A stretch of DNA of 64,000 nt from Dysgonamonadaceae bacterium (lineage in GTDB: Bacteria > Bacteroidota > Bacteroidia > Bacteroidales > Dysgonomonadaceae). Under the pieces are notes generated by a model, which saw only the letters and a program-made list of their open reading frames with translations, had not been told where the DNA came from and did not search any database. The position numbers were made by a program, and so were the translations under genes. Location: positions 6,638 to 70,637 of the forward strand of contig JBAYZS010000003.1 in the NCBI GenBank assembly GCA_041672395.1. The letters run 5' to 3'. The stretch's first letter is position 1, and each line of letters opens with the position of its first letter. Below, piece after piece: positions 29,733 to 39,354 of this stretch.

Positions 29733-31226
29733 ATGAAAAACATATATATTATTGGTGAAGGTGAACTTACAATTGAAGATATTGAAAGAATCATAGACGA
29801 AAATATTAAACTGGAATTGTCGGAAGCGGCCATTGCGCGTATACAAAAATGCCGCGACTATCTCGACCGAAAAATGGAGATAAACACAAAACCTATTTAT
29901 GGTATAACTACAGGCTTTGGTGGACTTTGCGATTATTCCATCTCTAAATCCGACTTGAGTACGCTGCAGGAAAATCTGGTTAAGTCGCACGCTTGCAGCA
30001 TTGGAGAGGTAGTGCCGCCGACAATTGTGAAACTGATGTTGCTACTTAAAGCACACGCCTTGTCTTTGGGATATAGTGGTGTACAAGTGGCTACAGTACG
30101 GCGGATTCTTGATTTGTTCAATAATGATATTCTTCCCATTGTTTATGATAAAGGTTCCTTGGGTGCATCTGGCGATTTAGCGCCGTTGGCAAATTTATTT
30201 CTGCCCCTGATTGGTGTTGGAGAAGTAACATATAAAGAACAGATAACAGATATAAAGGATGTTCTTGCTGAATTCGGCTGGAAGCCGATTAAGCTTCAGA
30301 GCAAAGAAGGACTGGCGCTCTTAAACGGTACCCAGTTTATGTCTGCTTATGGAGTTTACACTATTATCAAATCGCAGCATTTTATCAAAAAGGCTGATTT
30401 GATTGCCGCAATATCACTGGATGCTTATGATGGTCATCTTGAACCTTTTGACGAAAAGCTTCATAAACTTCGTCCCCATATCGGCCAATTAGTGACTTCA
30501 CAAAACATTCGTAATTTTCTGAAAGACAGCCAGATCATCTCGCAATATAAAGAACATGTTCAAGATCCATATTCTTTTCGCTGTGTTCCACAAGTTCACG
30601 GTGCTGCAAAGGATGCGCTTAATTATGTAAAGTCGGTTGTGGTAACAGAAATTAATTCAGTAACCGATAATCCCACAATTTTTGTAGATGAAGATGAAAT
30701 CATTTCTGGTGGAAATTTTCATGGTGAACCACTTGCCATTTCTTACGATTTCTTAGCTATTGGTTTGGCAGAACTCGGAAATATCTCTGAACGGAGAACA
30801 GCCCAATTGATACTCGGCAAACGCGGACTGCCCGAGTTTTTGGTCGCCAATCCCGGCCTCAATTCGGGATTCATGATACCGCAATACGTAGCCGCATCCA
30901 TTGTCAGTCAGAACAAAATGTATTGTTATGCTGCCAGCAGTGATTCCATCGTTTCGTCTAACGGTCAGGAAGATCACGTAAGTATGGGCGCTACGTCTGC
31001 CATCAAGTTGACCATGATATTAGATAATCTTGAACTTATCTATGCGATTGAATTGATGAATGCCGCACAGGCATTGGAATTCAGAAAACCTTTGAAGTCA
31101 TCGCCCATCATTGAGAAACTAATTGAAGACTTCCGCTGCGAAGTTCCCTTTGTAGAAGATGATATAGTAATGAATAAATTAATTCGTAAAACGGTGGCGT
31201 TTCTTAATCACTTACAAATTGAATAA
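29733..31226 (+). CDS. hutH: Histidine ammonia-lyase
   Basis: MIO-forming motif GSLGASGDLAPLA plus the NGTQFM and GNFHGEP blocks. The ATG at 29733 is preferred to the listed TTG at 29718. Confidence 0.95.
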   Translation: MKNIYIIGEGELTIEDIERIIDENIKLELSEAAIARIQKCRDYLDRKMEINTKPIYGITTGFGGLCDYSISKSDLSTLQENLVKSHACSIGEVVPPTIVKLMLLLKAHALSLGYSGVQVATVRRILDLFNNDILPIVYDKGSLGASGDLAPLANLFLPLIGVGEVTYKEQITDIKDVLAEFGWKPIKLQSKEGLALLNGTQFMSAYGVYTIIKSQHFIKKADLIAAISLDAYDGHLEPFDEKLHKLRPHIGQLVTSQNIRNFLKDSQIISQYKEHVQDPYSFRCVPQVHGAAKDALNYVKSVVVTEINSVTDNPTIFVDEDEIISGGNFHGEPLAISYDFLAIGLAELGNISERRTAQLILGKRGLPEFLVANPGLNSGFMIPQYVAASIVSQNKMYCYAASSDSIVSSNGQEDHVSMGATSAIKLTMILDNLELIYAIELMNAAQALEFRKPLKSSPIIEKLIEDFRCEVPFVEDDIVMNKLIRKTVAFLNHLQIE

Positions 31227-31244
31227 ACTTAAAACAATATTTTG

Positions 31245-31252
31245 TATATTTG
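31245..31252 (+). promoter_or_regulatory. Candidate -7 promoter box TATATTTG between hutH and the MFS gene
   Basis: Exact TAnnTTTG match in TTTGTATATTTG, 56 nt upstream of the ATG at 31308. Confidence 0.4.
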
Positions 31253-31307
31253 CACGTTTTATAACTTAAAACCTATCAAAAAGAAAATAACATAATAACA
31301 GACAAAA

Positions 31308-32717
31308 ATGGTTGAAAAATTAAAGACATTAAGAGATTCTAAAAATGCAAGATGGGCAGCACTGTTTATAGTTGCGTTCATGATGCTTTGCGGATATTAT
31401 TTGAATGATGACCTTTCAGCACTGAAATCAATGCTGGAAAGTGATCTAAGCTGGTCAAGTTCCGATTATGGATTTTATCGTTCATCTTATGGATGGCTGA
31501 ATGTATTTGCATTTATGCTAATCCTTGGAGGAATTATCCTCGATAAATTGGGCGTTAGAAAAACAGGAATACTTGCAACAATAACCATGTTAGTTGGTAC
31601 AGGACTCAGATATTGGGCGTTAGTTAATACCGATCTGATGAATCAAACATGGAATATTTTAGGTGCAGACACCAATGCACAAGTTTTTGTGGCATCAATT
31701 GGATTTGCAATCTTTTGTGTTGGTCTGGAAGTTGCCGGTATCACGGTTTCAAAAGCAATTGTAAAATGGTTTAAAGGAAAAGAAATGGCGTTAGCCATGG
31801 GATTGGAAATGGCCACAGCCCGTTTGGGTACTGGTCTTGCCTTGGCCGTTGCACCTATAATCGCATTTAGCAATAAAGTATCTACACCGGTTCTATTTGG
31901 TATGGTTTTAATGATTATAGGCACAATCGCATTTCTTGTTTATACTAGACTTGATAAAAAACTGGATGCTTCACTTGTTACAGCCGGTGAAAAAACCGAA
32001 GAAACTAGTGAAGAAGACAAGTTCAAATTGAAAGATATAGGTCTGATAGTAAAAAATAAAGGATTTTGGTTGATAGCTTTACTCTGCGTATTGTTTTATT
32101 CAGCTGTTTTTCCATTCTTGAATTATGCCTCTGACTTGATGGTTAATAAGTTTGGAGTAACACCAAAATTTGCAGGATTGATCCCTAGTTTATTACCCTT
32201 GGGAACAATATTCCTAACTCCTTTTTTTGGTAATTTATATGACAGAAAAGGTAAAGGGGCTACAATCATGATTATTGGTGCAATTCTTTTGATTGTTGTT
32301 CATGCTCTATTCTCGGTTCCGTTTTTAAATCATCCTGCAATAGCAGTTGTACTAGTTATATTATTAGGTATCGCTTTTTCTCTTGTACCCTCAGCTATGT
32401 GGCCGTCTGTACCTAAAATTATTCCTGAAAAATTATTGGGAACTGCTTATTCGTTAATTTTCTTTGTGCAAAATATCGGACTGATGTTTGTACCGCTGAT
32501 TATTGGAAAGTTATTGGATAAATATTGTATTACTGGTCAAATGATGATTGATGGTCAAATGGTTAATCAATATGATTATACACTTCCAATGATTGCATTT
32601 ACTGTATTAGGCGTTTTTGCATTAATCTTTGCTTTCTGGTTGAAAGCTGAAGACAAACGTAAAGGTTACGGACTTGAGAAACCAAATATTGTAAAGGAAG
32701 AATCTGCTAATGCATAA
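31308..32717 (+). CDS. MFS transporter; from memory it resembles the MFSD1-type subfamily
   Basis: 469 aa with about 12 hydrophobic helices and a central charged loop (TAGEKTEETSEEDKFKLKD). Contains the block VKWFKGKEMALAMGLEMATARLGT. Confidence 0.85.
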   Translation: MVEKLKTLRDSKNARWAALFIVAFMMLCGYYLNDDLSALKSMLESDLSWSSSDYGFYRSSYGWLNVFAFMLILGGIILDKLGVRKTGILATITMLVGTGLRYWALVNTDLMNQTWNILGADTNAQVFVASIGFAIFCVGLEVAGITVSKAIVKWFKGKEMALAMGLEMATARLGTGLALAVAPIIAFSNKVSTPVLFGMVLMIIGTIAFLVYTRLDKKLDASLVTAGEKTEETSEEDKFKLKDIGLIVKNKGFWLIALLCVLFYSAVFPFLNYASDLMVNKFGVTPKFAGLIPSLLPLGTIFLTPFFGNLYDRKGKGATIMIIGAILLIVVHALFSVPFLNHPAIAVVLVILLGIAFSLVPSAMWPSVPKIIPEKLLGTAYSLIFFVQNIGLMFVPLIIGKLLDKYCITGQMMIDGQMVNQYDYTLPMIAFTVLGVFALIFAFWLKAEDKRKGYGLEKPNIVKEESANA

Positions 32718-32752
32718 ATTAGTTAATTAATAATTATACGAACGTTATATAT

Positions 32753-32783
32753 AAAAAGCGAGTCAATATTTGACTCGCTTTTT
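32753..32783. terminator. Bidirectional rho-independent terminator
   Basis: AAAAAGCGAGTCAA-TAT-TTGACTCGCTTTTT is a perfect 14-bp stem with A and T tails, embedded in a longer TATATA palindrome. It starts 36 nt after the MFS stop. Confidence 0.8.
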
Positions 32784-32840
32784 ATATATAATAATGAATG
32801 TTTATCTACTTTTTTCTTCCCAGTGTCGTCCTGATTTTTG

Positions 32841-32866
32841 TGGTTCTTCTTCAATTTAGTTGAAAA
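32841..32866 (+). repeat. IS terminal inverted repeat, left copy
   Basis: TGGTTCTTCTTCAATTTAGTTGAAAA. Its reverse complement occurs at 34734-34759. Confidence 0.9.
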
Positions 32867-34559
32867 GAATCTTTTCCATAATCATTTTTCTTTTCAGTAA
32901 ATCCAATCCTGCTCTTCCGTACATAACCCTTTTGACAACTTTCAGTTTGTTTACAAATCCTTCCGTTATACCATTTGTTATATTATATTTAATCGTGTTT
33001 TTAACAGCCTTAAAATCCATCTTGATTCCAGTAATAAATGCTTTAAGGGTGTTTACTTTAGTCTTCCAAAACTTCCTCATCCACCTGATTAATGCATCAG
33101 GATCATTGCCTGTAATTAGTTCATAAAATGCAGTGGAGGCTTCATACATTTGGTTAAACCAGGTGAATCTCGACAACAATTCGATAAGCTGCTCATCTTC
33201 ACGGTTTCTCTTCTTGCTGAAAATAGAATGTGTGACCATGGATGATAACAATTTAATGGGAACTAATTGAGATCTTGTTTCTACTTTCTTTATTATTGGC
33301 TTATAATCTTTGGCTCTGTAACCTTTATGACCATCACTCAGATACTTGTAGTGTTCGTAAAACGGAGATAAACTACCTTTAAATCCCATTTGACATACTT
33401 CGTGATAGATTTTAACAAGAGCTTTACCGGTAGCAGCCTCATCCTCCACATATTCGCTATATAAATGATATTTATTCCTATGCTTGTTGTTACGCTCAGG
33501 CAATATTCCCATTTCACAGAACTTAATGACTGTTTGTCTGGCTATTCCTAATTTTTTTGCTATTTCAGATGGTCTAGTTCCTTTTAACTGCAATGTTTTT
33601 ACCTCTATAAATTTAATCATACGTGAATCCTCACTTTTCGACTTTTGAGATGATCTCAAATCTTTAAGCTCATTATCAACTACTTCCTCCTTAACGATTT
33701 GGCTCTCTCTTATCGCATTACGATAGTCCGAATAATGCTCACCAATGAGTTTGGTAAAGCGCTCTGACATGTTTTTGATAAGATGAAACTTATCAGCAAC
33801 TTCAATTATAGGACGATCGATTGAACGGATGGCAGAACTGTATTCGGTGGAACGGTCACGACTGACCAAACTGACCTTGTTATGATTCTCCATCCATGAG
33901 CGAAAACTGTTTTCTCCTCTATTGCCTAATATATCTATTGGACGCTTATGGCGTAAATCTATTACGATGGTTCCATACGATAGTCCTTTACGCCAGGCCC
34001 AATCATCGATACCTATTTCTTCAACATCTTTATATGCGGAGGGACGCAAACGATGCAGGTCCCTTAAGATTGTTGATCGACTCAAAACAATGCCACTAAA
34101 AGATAAGAGTTTGCTAGCCATTCCCGAAGACACTGATAGTCCCTGTCGTATTACGGCTGTTTCGCATCTGCGGGTACGACGACGATAACGAAATATCTCA
34201 TTACCGGGTTGCTCGGCAAAGGTCCTTTTAGAACAATTGGAGTTTTTACAAAAGAACTTTCTTACTTCCAATGTTAACAAGACCTTCCTGCCTAAAATAG
34301 AAAGATCATGAATATCTCTTTGATAGCGACTATGGACTTTCTTGCTTTTATAACCACAATATGTGCAAACACCCAAAGAATCTGAGGATTTACAATAAAA
34401 ATGGAGTGTGTTTTCTGTATGATCTACGTTTTCTACGTATAACCCCGATGATATGTATAAATTGGATATATCAAAACTTTCATGATATTTTATCTTAGGG
34501 GATGATTCAGATTTTGATTTTTTTGTTGTAATTTTATTACCTATAGGATATTCCGACAT
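32856..34559 (-). CDS. ISL3-family transposase
   Basis: zf-ISL3-like segment (CTYCGYKSKKVHSRYQRDIHDL...FFCKN.NCSKRTFAEQ). DDE core (GIDDWAWRKG... SRDRSTEYSSAI ... ADKFHLIKN). Internal helix-turn-helix (IAKKLGIARQTVIKF). The ATG at 34559 (MSEYPIG) is preferred to the listed TTG at 34583. Confidence 0.9.
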   Translation of the reverse strand: MSEYPIGNKITTKKSKSESSPKIKYHESFDISNLYISSGLYVENVDHTENTLHFYCKSSDSLGVCTYCGYKSKKVHSRYQRDIHDLSILGRKVLLTLEVRKFFCKNSNCSKRTFAEQPGNEIFRYRRRTRRCETAVIRQGLSVSSGMASKLLSFSGIVLSRSTILRDLHRLRPSAYKDVEEIGIDDWAWRKGLSYGTIVIDLRHKRPIDILGNRGENSFRSWMENHNKVSLVSRDRSTEYSSAIRSIDRPIIEVADKFHLIKNMSERFTKLIGEHYSDYRNAIRESQIVKEEVVDNELKDLRSSQKSKSEDSRMIKFIEVKTLQLKGTRPSEIAKKLGIARQTVIKFCEMGILPERNNKHRNKYHLYSEYVEDEAATGKALVKIYHEVCQMGFKGSLSPFYEHYKYLSDGHKGYRAKDYKPIIKKVETRSQLVPIKLLSSMVTHSIFSKKRNREDEQLIELLSRFTWFNQMYEASTAFYELITGNDPDALIRWMRKFWKTKVNTLKAFITGIKMDFKAVKNTIKYNITNGITEGFVNKLKVVKRVMYGRAGLDLLKRKMIMEKILFN

Positions 34560-34733
34560 GATTTTTTCTTTATGATTTTGCAATATAAAGTTACTGAAAA
34601 TCAGTCGAATATCCTATTATTTTGCCTGCTATTTTATTGATTATTAGACGATTAGCTGGCACCTAGTGTTAATCTTTAAATAATAACAGTGTCTACTATT
34701 GCAAATGATTAACCACAAAAGGGAAGATGGAAG

Positions 34734-34759
34734 TTTTCAACTAAATTGAAGAAGAACCA
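34734..34759 (-). repeat. IS terminal inverted repeat, right copy
   Basis: TTTTCAACTAAATTGAAGAAGAACCA is the exact reverse complement of 32841-32866. Confidence 0.9.
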
Positions 34760-34823
34760 AATATTTCAGGACAAGACACCCATTTAACTTTGGAATAACC
34801 TCTGTGTAACTCCCACCATGGTC

Positions 34824-36464
34824 TCACTCTCCTCCCACCTTAGACTTCTCCTCCAGAAACTGACCAAATTCAATATATCTCTTATACAACTCATCGTATA
34901 TTTGATTTCTCTCTTTATTCGGCTGATAATTTGCAAGTATCCCCTGACCTAGGCTTTCTTGTGCTAGCTCGATTGTTTCGAAAATGTTGGCAGCAACAGC
35001 AGCATACATTGCTGCACCCATTGCACCTGCTTGTTGCGTTGCAGCTACCTCAATAGGTACGTTCATAACATCAGAAAGTGTTTGCATTACATATGGCGAC
35101 TTCAATGAAATACCTCCCACACCAATTACTTTCAATATTTTAACACCCTGCATCTCAAGATGTTCCAGAATGGCCCTGGATCCAAAAGCGGTAGATTCCA
35201 CAAAACATTTGTAAAGTTGGGCAGGGGTAGTACCGAGGGTTAAATCCATAACGCCACCTTTTAATGTCTGATCGGCAAAAGGTGTTCTGCGCCCGTTCAA
35301 CCAGTCAACAGCTACCAAATCATTACGACTAACCGACAGCGCTGAAGCTTCTTTGTTCAAACGGGGTAAAATAGTGGATAGAATCTCGGATTTATTGTCG
35401 TCATCAGGGAGCCACCATGAAAGGATATCACGAAGCCACGCATACATATCGCCAAAAGCCGATTGTCCGGCTTCCAATCCTGTAAATCCCGGTATCACTG
35501 AACCATCCACCTGTCCACTGATTCCCGGAATAGTTTTTCCACCTATGTCCTCTTTAGAAGTAACCACGATATCACACGTAGATGTCCCAATGATTTTCAC
35601 CATTGTATTTGGCTTAATTCCAGCTCCCACGGCACCGGCATGAGCATCGATAATTCCTACCGAAACATCAATGCCTCTGGGTAATCCAAGTATTTCCGAC
35701 CACTCATTGGTAATTTTGCCTGCTGATTTGTCGCTTGTAAATGTCCGACTACTCAAATGGTCTGTAAAGCCTTCAAACAAAGGATCAAGTGCCGAGAGAA
35801 ATTCTTGTGACGGATAACCATTCCATTCTTCGGCCCACATACATTTGTGACCCGCGGCACATCTACTGCGTTTCACATGTTCCGGCTTCAGATTGCCGGT
35901 CAGTAATGCCGGCATCCAATCGCAATGCTCAATAATGGAATAAGCATCCTTTCTAAGTCGTTCATTTGCGCGAAGAGCGTGAAGCCCTTTAGACCAGAAC
36001 CATTCAGAAGAATAGATTCCACCCGACAATGAAGTAAAATCGGTCTCCCATTTATGCGATAAGTTGTTAATATCATCTGCTTCTTTTATCGATGTATGAT
36101 CTTTCCAAAGGATAAACATTGCATCAGGATCTTCTGCAAATTGTGGAAGTAATGCTAAGGGCGTACCATTTTTGTCTGTCAGACAAGGTGTACTGCCGGT
36201 TGTATCAATTCCAATGGTAGTAATTTTATTCACTTCTTCTGTAGATAACTTTGCCAGCACACCTTTTGTTACTTCAATCAAAGAATCGATATAGTCTTGA
36301 GGATGTTGACGATATCTGTTTTCGGAAGGATCGCAATACAGCTCTTTTTTCCATCTTGAATAGAAGGAGATAGCGCAGGCTAATTCATTTCCGGTAGATG
36401 TATCTACAACAATTGCCCTACACGAATCGGTACCGTAATCGAGTCCTATAACTAGCTTTCCCAT
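34824..36464 (-). CDS. araB: AraB-type ribulokinase (FGGY carbohydrate kinase family)
   Basis: The N-terminus VIGLDYGTDSCRAIVVD...FYSRWKKELYCDPSENRYRQHPQDYIDS parallels the E. coli AraB N-terminus as I recall it (IGLDFGSDSVRA..., WYPRWQKGQFCD...FRHHPRDYIES). The 546-aa length fits AraB rather than FucK. Confidence 0.85.
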   Translation of the reverse strand: MGKLVIGLDYGTDSCRAIVVDTSTGNELACAISFYSRWKKELYCDPSENRYRQHPQDYIDSLIEVTKGVLAKLSTEEVNKITTIGIDTTGSTPCLTDKNGTPLALLPQFAEDPDAMFILWKDHTSIKEADDINNLSHKWETDFTSLSGGIYSSEWFWSKGLHALRANERLRKDAYSIIEHCDWMPALLTGNLKPEHVKRSRCAAGHKCMWAEEWNGYPSQEFLSALDPLFEGFTDHLSSRTFTSDKSAGKITNEWSEILGLPRGIDVSVGIIDAHAGAVGAGIKPNTMVKIIGTSTCDIVVTSKEDIGGKTIPGISGQVDGSVIPGFTGLEAGQSAFGDMYAWLRDILSWWLPDDDNKSEILSTILPRLNKEASALSVSRNDLVAVDWLNGRRTPFADQTLKGGVMDLTLGTTPAQLYKCFVESTAFGSRAILEHLEMQGVKILKVIGVGGISLKSPYVMQTLSDVMNVPIEVAATQQAGAMGAAMYAAVAANIFETIELAQESLGQGILANYQPNKERNQIYDELYKRYIEFGQFLEEKSKVGGE

Positions 36465-36470
36465 AATTTG

Positions 36471-37925
36471 TTATTTATCTAATGACGATTGGATTTTCTT
36501 ATTCCTTGCGACGGTTAAACTGTAGTAAGTGATGAAAGCAAATGCGAGTGCGGGAACCCAATAAGCAAATTTTATGCTGCCCGACTGATCAGAAAGGATT
36601 CCCTGTAATTGAGTTAAAAGTGCAGCTCCAGCAATAGCCATAACCATTCCCGATCCTCCAATTTTTGTATCTTCACCTAATCCCTTCATGCCAATACCAT
36701 AAATTGTTGGAAACATGAGCGACATGCAGCCGGAAATACCTGTCAGTGCATACACACCAGCAAATCCATCGCTGTAAATAGCAGATAAAGAGCATATTAA
36801 TGCTAATATTGCAAAGGCAGAAAGCAGATTAACGGGCTTAATATACCTCATTAACCATGTGCATACAAAACGACCTATAACAAACAGAATCAGGGACAAA
36901 ATGTAATATGTAGCTCCCGCTTGCTCTGCAGTACGGGGAAGCAAAGCATCTATTCCCAACCATTCAACTAATGAATAAAAGCTGCCTGCAACTGGCTCTA
37001 CACCGCGCAAAGCAGTGATAATAACATCAGAAGATGGGTTAGCTCCCAATGAGGCTATGACATCGTCGAATTTTAATTCTTGCATTGCATATCTGATGAT
37101 AAATGACCAGACAGCAATTTGTGCTCCTACATAGAAAAACTGTGCCAACACACCCCAAACATAGTTTTTATTATTTGTTAATCTTTTGAATGTAGCTCTG
37201 AGTTTCAACGACTTATTGTCCTCATGTACTTTTGGCATCTTAGTGAATAATATCAGAAGCATAAGCACAAGCATCACGATTCCTAATATTAAATATGCTG
37301 TTGAAACGGCTTTTAACTCGTTGTTCTGAATGTTAACTAGATCTATATCAGTCAATAATGTTCTTTCGGAGGCGGTCTTTGTATTCAATTGAGATAGTAC
37401 GTATATCTGACTCACCATCACCCCTGTTAATGCGCCAAATGGATTGAACGACTGTGAAAAGTTAAGACGACGGGTAGCTGTTTCCGGATCGCCAAGTGCA
37501 TAAACATAAGCATTTGTTGCGGTTTCCAAAACCGATAATCCGGCAAAAAGAACAAATATTGCGAATAAATAACTTGCAAAACTTAAAGGTGAACTGATAT
37601 TATTAACAAGCATTGCCGGGTAAAATAATGAACATCCTATGATACAAAGGATTAGTCCCAGTAGAACACCCGATTTGAACGTGTGCTTTTTAATGAAAAT
37701 TGCACCCGGAAGAGCAAAGCAGCCATAACCTAAAAGATAACAGACTACCTGAATCCAGGCTGTTTGTGTATCGTTCATACTCATGATTCGCTTGAATGCT
37801 GCAAGCATTGTATCTGTCATGTTGTTTGGAACAGCCCAAATAAAGAAAAGAGAGGTAAGTAGAATAAACGGTAAAACAATTCCCTTTGGCACTAAACGAT
37901 GTTTTTCTAAATTTCTTGAATTCAT
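36471..37925 (-). CDS. fucP: FucP-family sugar:H+ symporter (MFS)
   Basis: LPFILLTSLFFIWAVPNNMTDTMLAAFKR matches the FucP N-terminal signature (FALLCSLFFLWAVANNLNDILLPQF). 12-TM profile. 484 aa. Confidence 0.85.
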   Translation of the reverse strand: MNSRNLEKHRLVPKGIVLPFILLTSLFFIWAVPNNMTDTMLAAFKRIMSMNDTQTAWIQVVCYLLGYGCFALPGAIFIKKHTFKSGVLLGLILCIIGCSLFYPAMLVNNISSPLSFASYLFAIFVLFAGLSVLETATNAYVYALGDPETATRRLNFSQSFNPFGALTGVMVSQIYVLSQLNTKTASERTLLTDIDLVNIQNNELKAVSTAYLILGIVMLVLMLLILFTKMPKVHEDNKSLKLRATFKRLTNNKNYVWGVLAQFFYVGAQIAVWSFIIRYAMQELKFDDVIASLGANPSSDVIITALRGVEPVAGSFYSLVEWLGIDALLPRTAEQAGATYYILSLILFVIGRFVCTWLMRYIKPVNLLSAFAILALICSLSAIYSDGFAGVYALTGISGCMSLMFPTIYGIGMKGLGEDTKIGGSGMVMAIAGAALLTQLQGILSDQSGSIKFAYWVPALAFAFITYYSLTVARNKKIQSSLDK

Positions 37926-38032
37926 ATAAGTTTGTTTAGAATATGTTATTGATAATAAGATGTATAATCCTGTTAAAGCGGAGCGGTTAGCGTTCCAATA
38001 TTTATTATGTTAATGGTTTTGGGTGAATCAAT

Positions 38033-39283
38033 TCAAAATATTGTTTTAACTTTTTCAAGGTTCACTCTCAGCAGTTTTTCTGCTATGATAGATAGCTCAG
38101 CTTCATTACCCACAAAATGAAATACATTATGCGTATGAGAAAGTGATTCACCTGGTTTCAGAAATGCTGCTGGTGAACAACTTTCTAATTCGAGGAAAGG
38201 TCCCATAATGCTTCCATCCTCCAGTGGACCATCGTTATAGGCATTGAGTGCATCTCCTATTAGTGGGTTCTTTTTTGGATTCCACTCCTGATTTAAATAC
38301 ACACTGTTGGGTTCTACATCAAAAATAATTATTGTCAATCTGTCAGCTATCGGGTCATAATTTCCAGCAATAGTTTTTGTGCGTTTGGGGTTCATTCCAA
38401 TTTTGCTTCGGTGTTTTCCATCGGTTTTAAGATAGAGTATATCATTCTCAACTTTCAAATAGTCAGATGGTATCTCTCCAAAATAATCTGTAGTAGCAAC
38501 TGTGCCCAACTCTGCATCGTCGCCGGAATTATAAGGAACAACAGTTATTGCAGAATCAGATGGATTGAACATATCGAGCATCCAAATGCAGATGGTACCG
38601 GTTTTATCTGTCCATTCAAAATCATTCTTATTGGTTATTTTGTTATCGGTAGCATAAGCAACAGAATTTACACCTTCAGGTAATTGAATCCCTAACTTTG
38701 ACGTTATTCCCTCTTTTGTGATTAGCGAAATCTTCCTGTCTACAAGCAAGTTAAGTGTTGTTCCCTGAGAGTTCTTAACCGTAATATCTTTGGTTAATAG
38801 CGTTTCTGATGATGTAGCACTCTCGATATTCCATTCTTCTGTATCTAATGCTTTTGGAGTGTGCCAATTATCATAAATTTGTTCTTTTCCGGGTTCAAAA
38901 TATACGGAATATTGTCCTCCTTCTGGACCCAACCAGAAACGATTTTCTCCACCGTAACCGTTCATGTGTTCATCAATCTGCCCGGAATCAAAGACTCTGT
39001 AATTCACAAACCCGAGACTGTTCCCATCCAGACCATTAGCTGTTGAGGTAAATACTTTTCCCTGGTATTTTGCCGACAGAATTACTTGTGCCTGATCATC
39101 AGTCGACTTTAATATAATCAAACTGTCTTTTTTAGATAGATAGTTTAGGTCGTACCCAAATGTTCCTTTTTCATATTCCTTTTCCATGTTTTCTGATGTT
39201 TTTTTGTTGCCTGTGCAAGAGAACAGTAATGTACCTCCTATCATCGCAGGCAGCAGTGTTCGATAGATTTGTTTAAGTTTCAT
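38033..39283 (-). CDS. Lipoprotein of unknown function
   Basis: Lipobox (GGTLLFSCTGN). 416 aa and beta-rich, with the motif GYGGENRFWLGPEGGQ. I do not recognise a family. Confidence 0.6.
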   Translation of the reverse strand: MKLKQIYRTLLPAMIGGTLLFSCTGNKKTSENMEKEYEKGTFGYDLNYLSKKDSLIILKSTDDQAQVILSAKYQGKVFTSTANGLDGNSLGFVNYRVFDSGQIDEHMNGYGGENRFWLGPEGGQYSVYFEPGKEQIYDNWHTPKALDTEEWNIESATSSETLLTKDITVKNSQGTTLNLLVDRKISLITKEGITSKLGIQLPEGVNSVAYATDNKITNKNDFEWTDKTGTICIWMLDMFNPSDSAITVVPYNSGDDAELGTVATTDYFGEIPSDYLKVENDILYLKTDGKHRSKIGMNPKRTKTIAGNYDPIADRLTIIIFDVEPNSVYLNQEWNPKKNPLIGDALNAYNDGPLEDGSIMGPFLELESCSPAAFLKPGESLSHTHNVFHFVGNEAELSIIAEKLLRVNLEKVKTIF

Positions 39284-39354
39284 ATTGATTTAATTATCGT
39301 GATTTTCTTGTTTTTTTTCTTGGTTGAAATTCAGATTGTAATTCCTATGTATTT

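Larger units (their letters stand above)
32841..34759 (-). mobile_element. ISL3-family insertion sequence, apparently intact
   Basis: A single transposase ORF is bounded by perfect 26-bp terminal inverted repeats (TGGTTCTTCTTCAATTTAGTTGAAAA). The GGTTCTT-type ends are typical of ISL3. The transposase stop codon lies inside the left repeat. An additional inverted block extends the symmetry to 32823 and 34779. Confidence 0.85.

Noticed and set aside
32833-34767. An 8-bp target-site duplication flanking the ISL3 element
   Set aside because: The flanks of the 26-bp repeats (GATTTTTG and AATATTTC) and of the outer repeat blocks (TCTTCCCA and CCATTTAA) do not match as direct repeats. No duplication is claimed.
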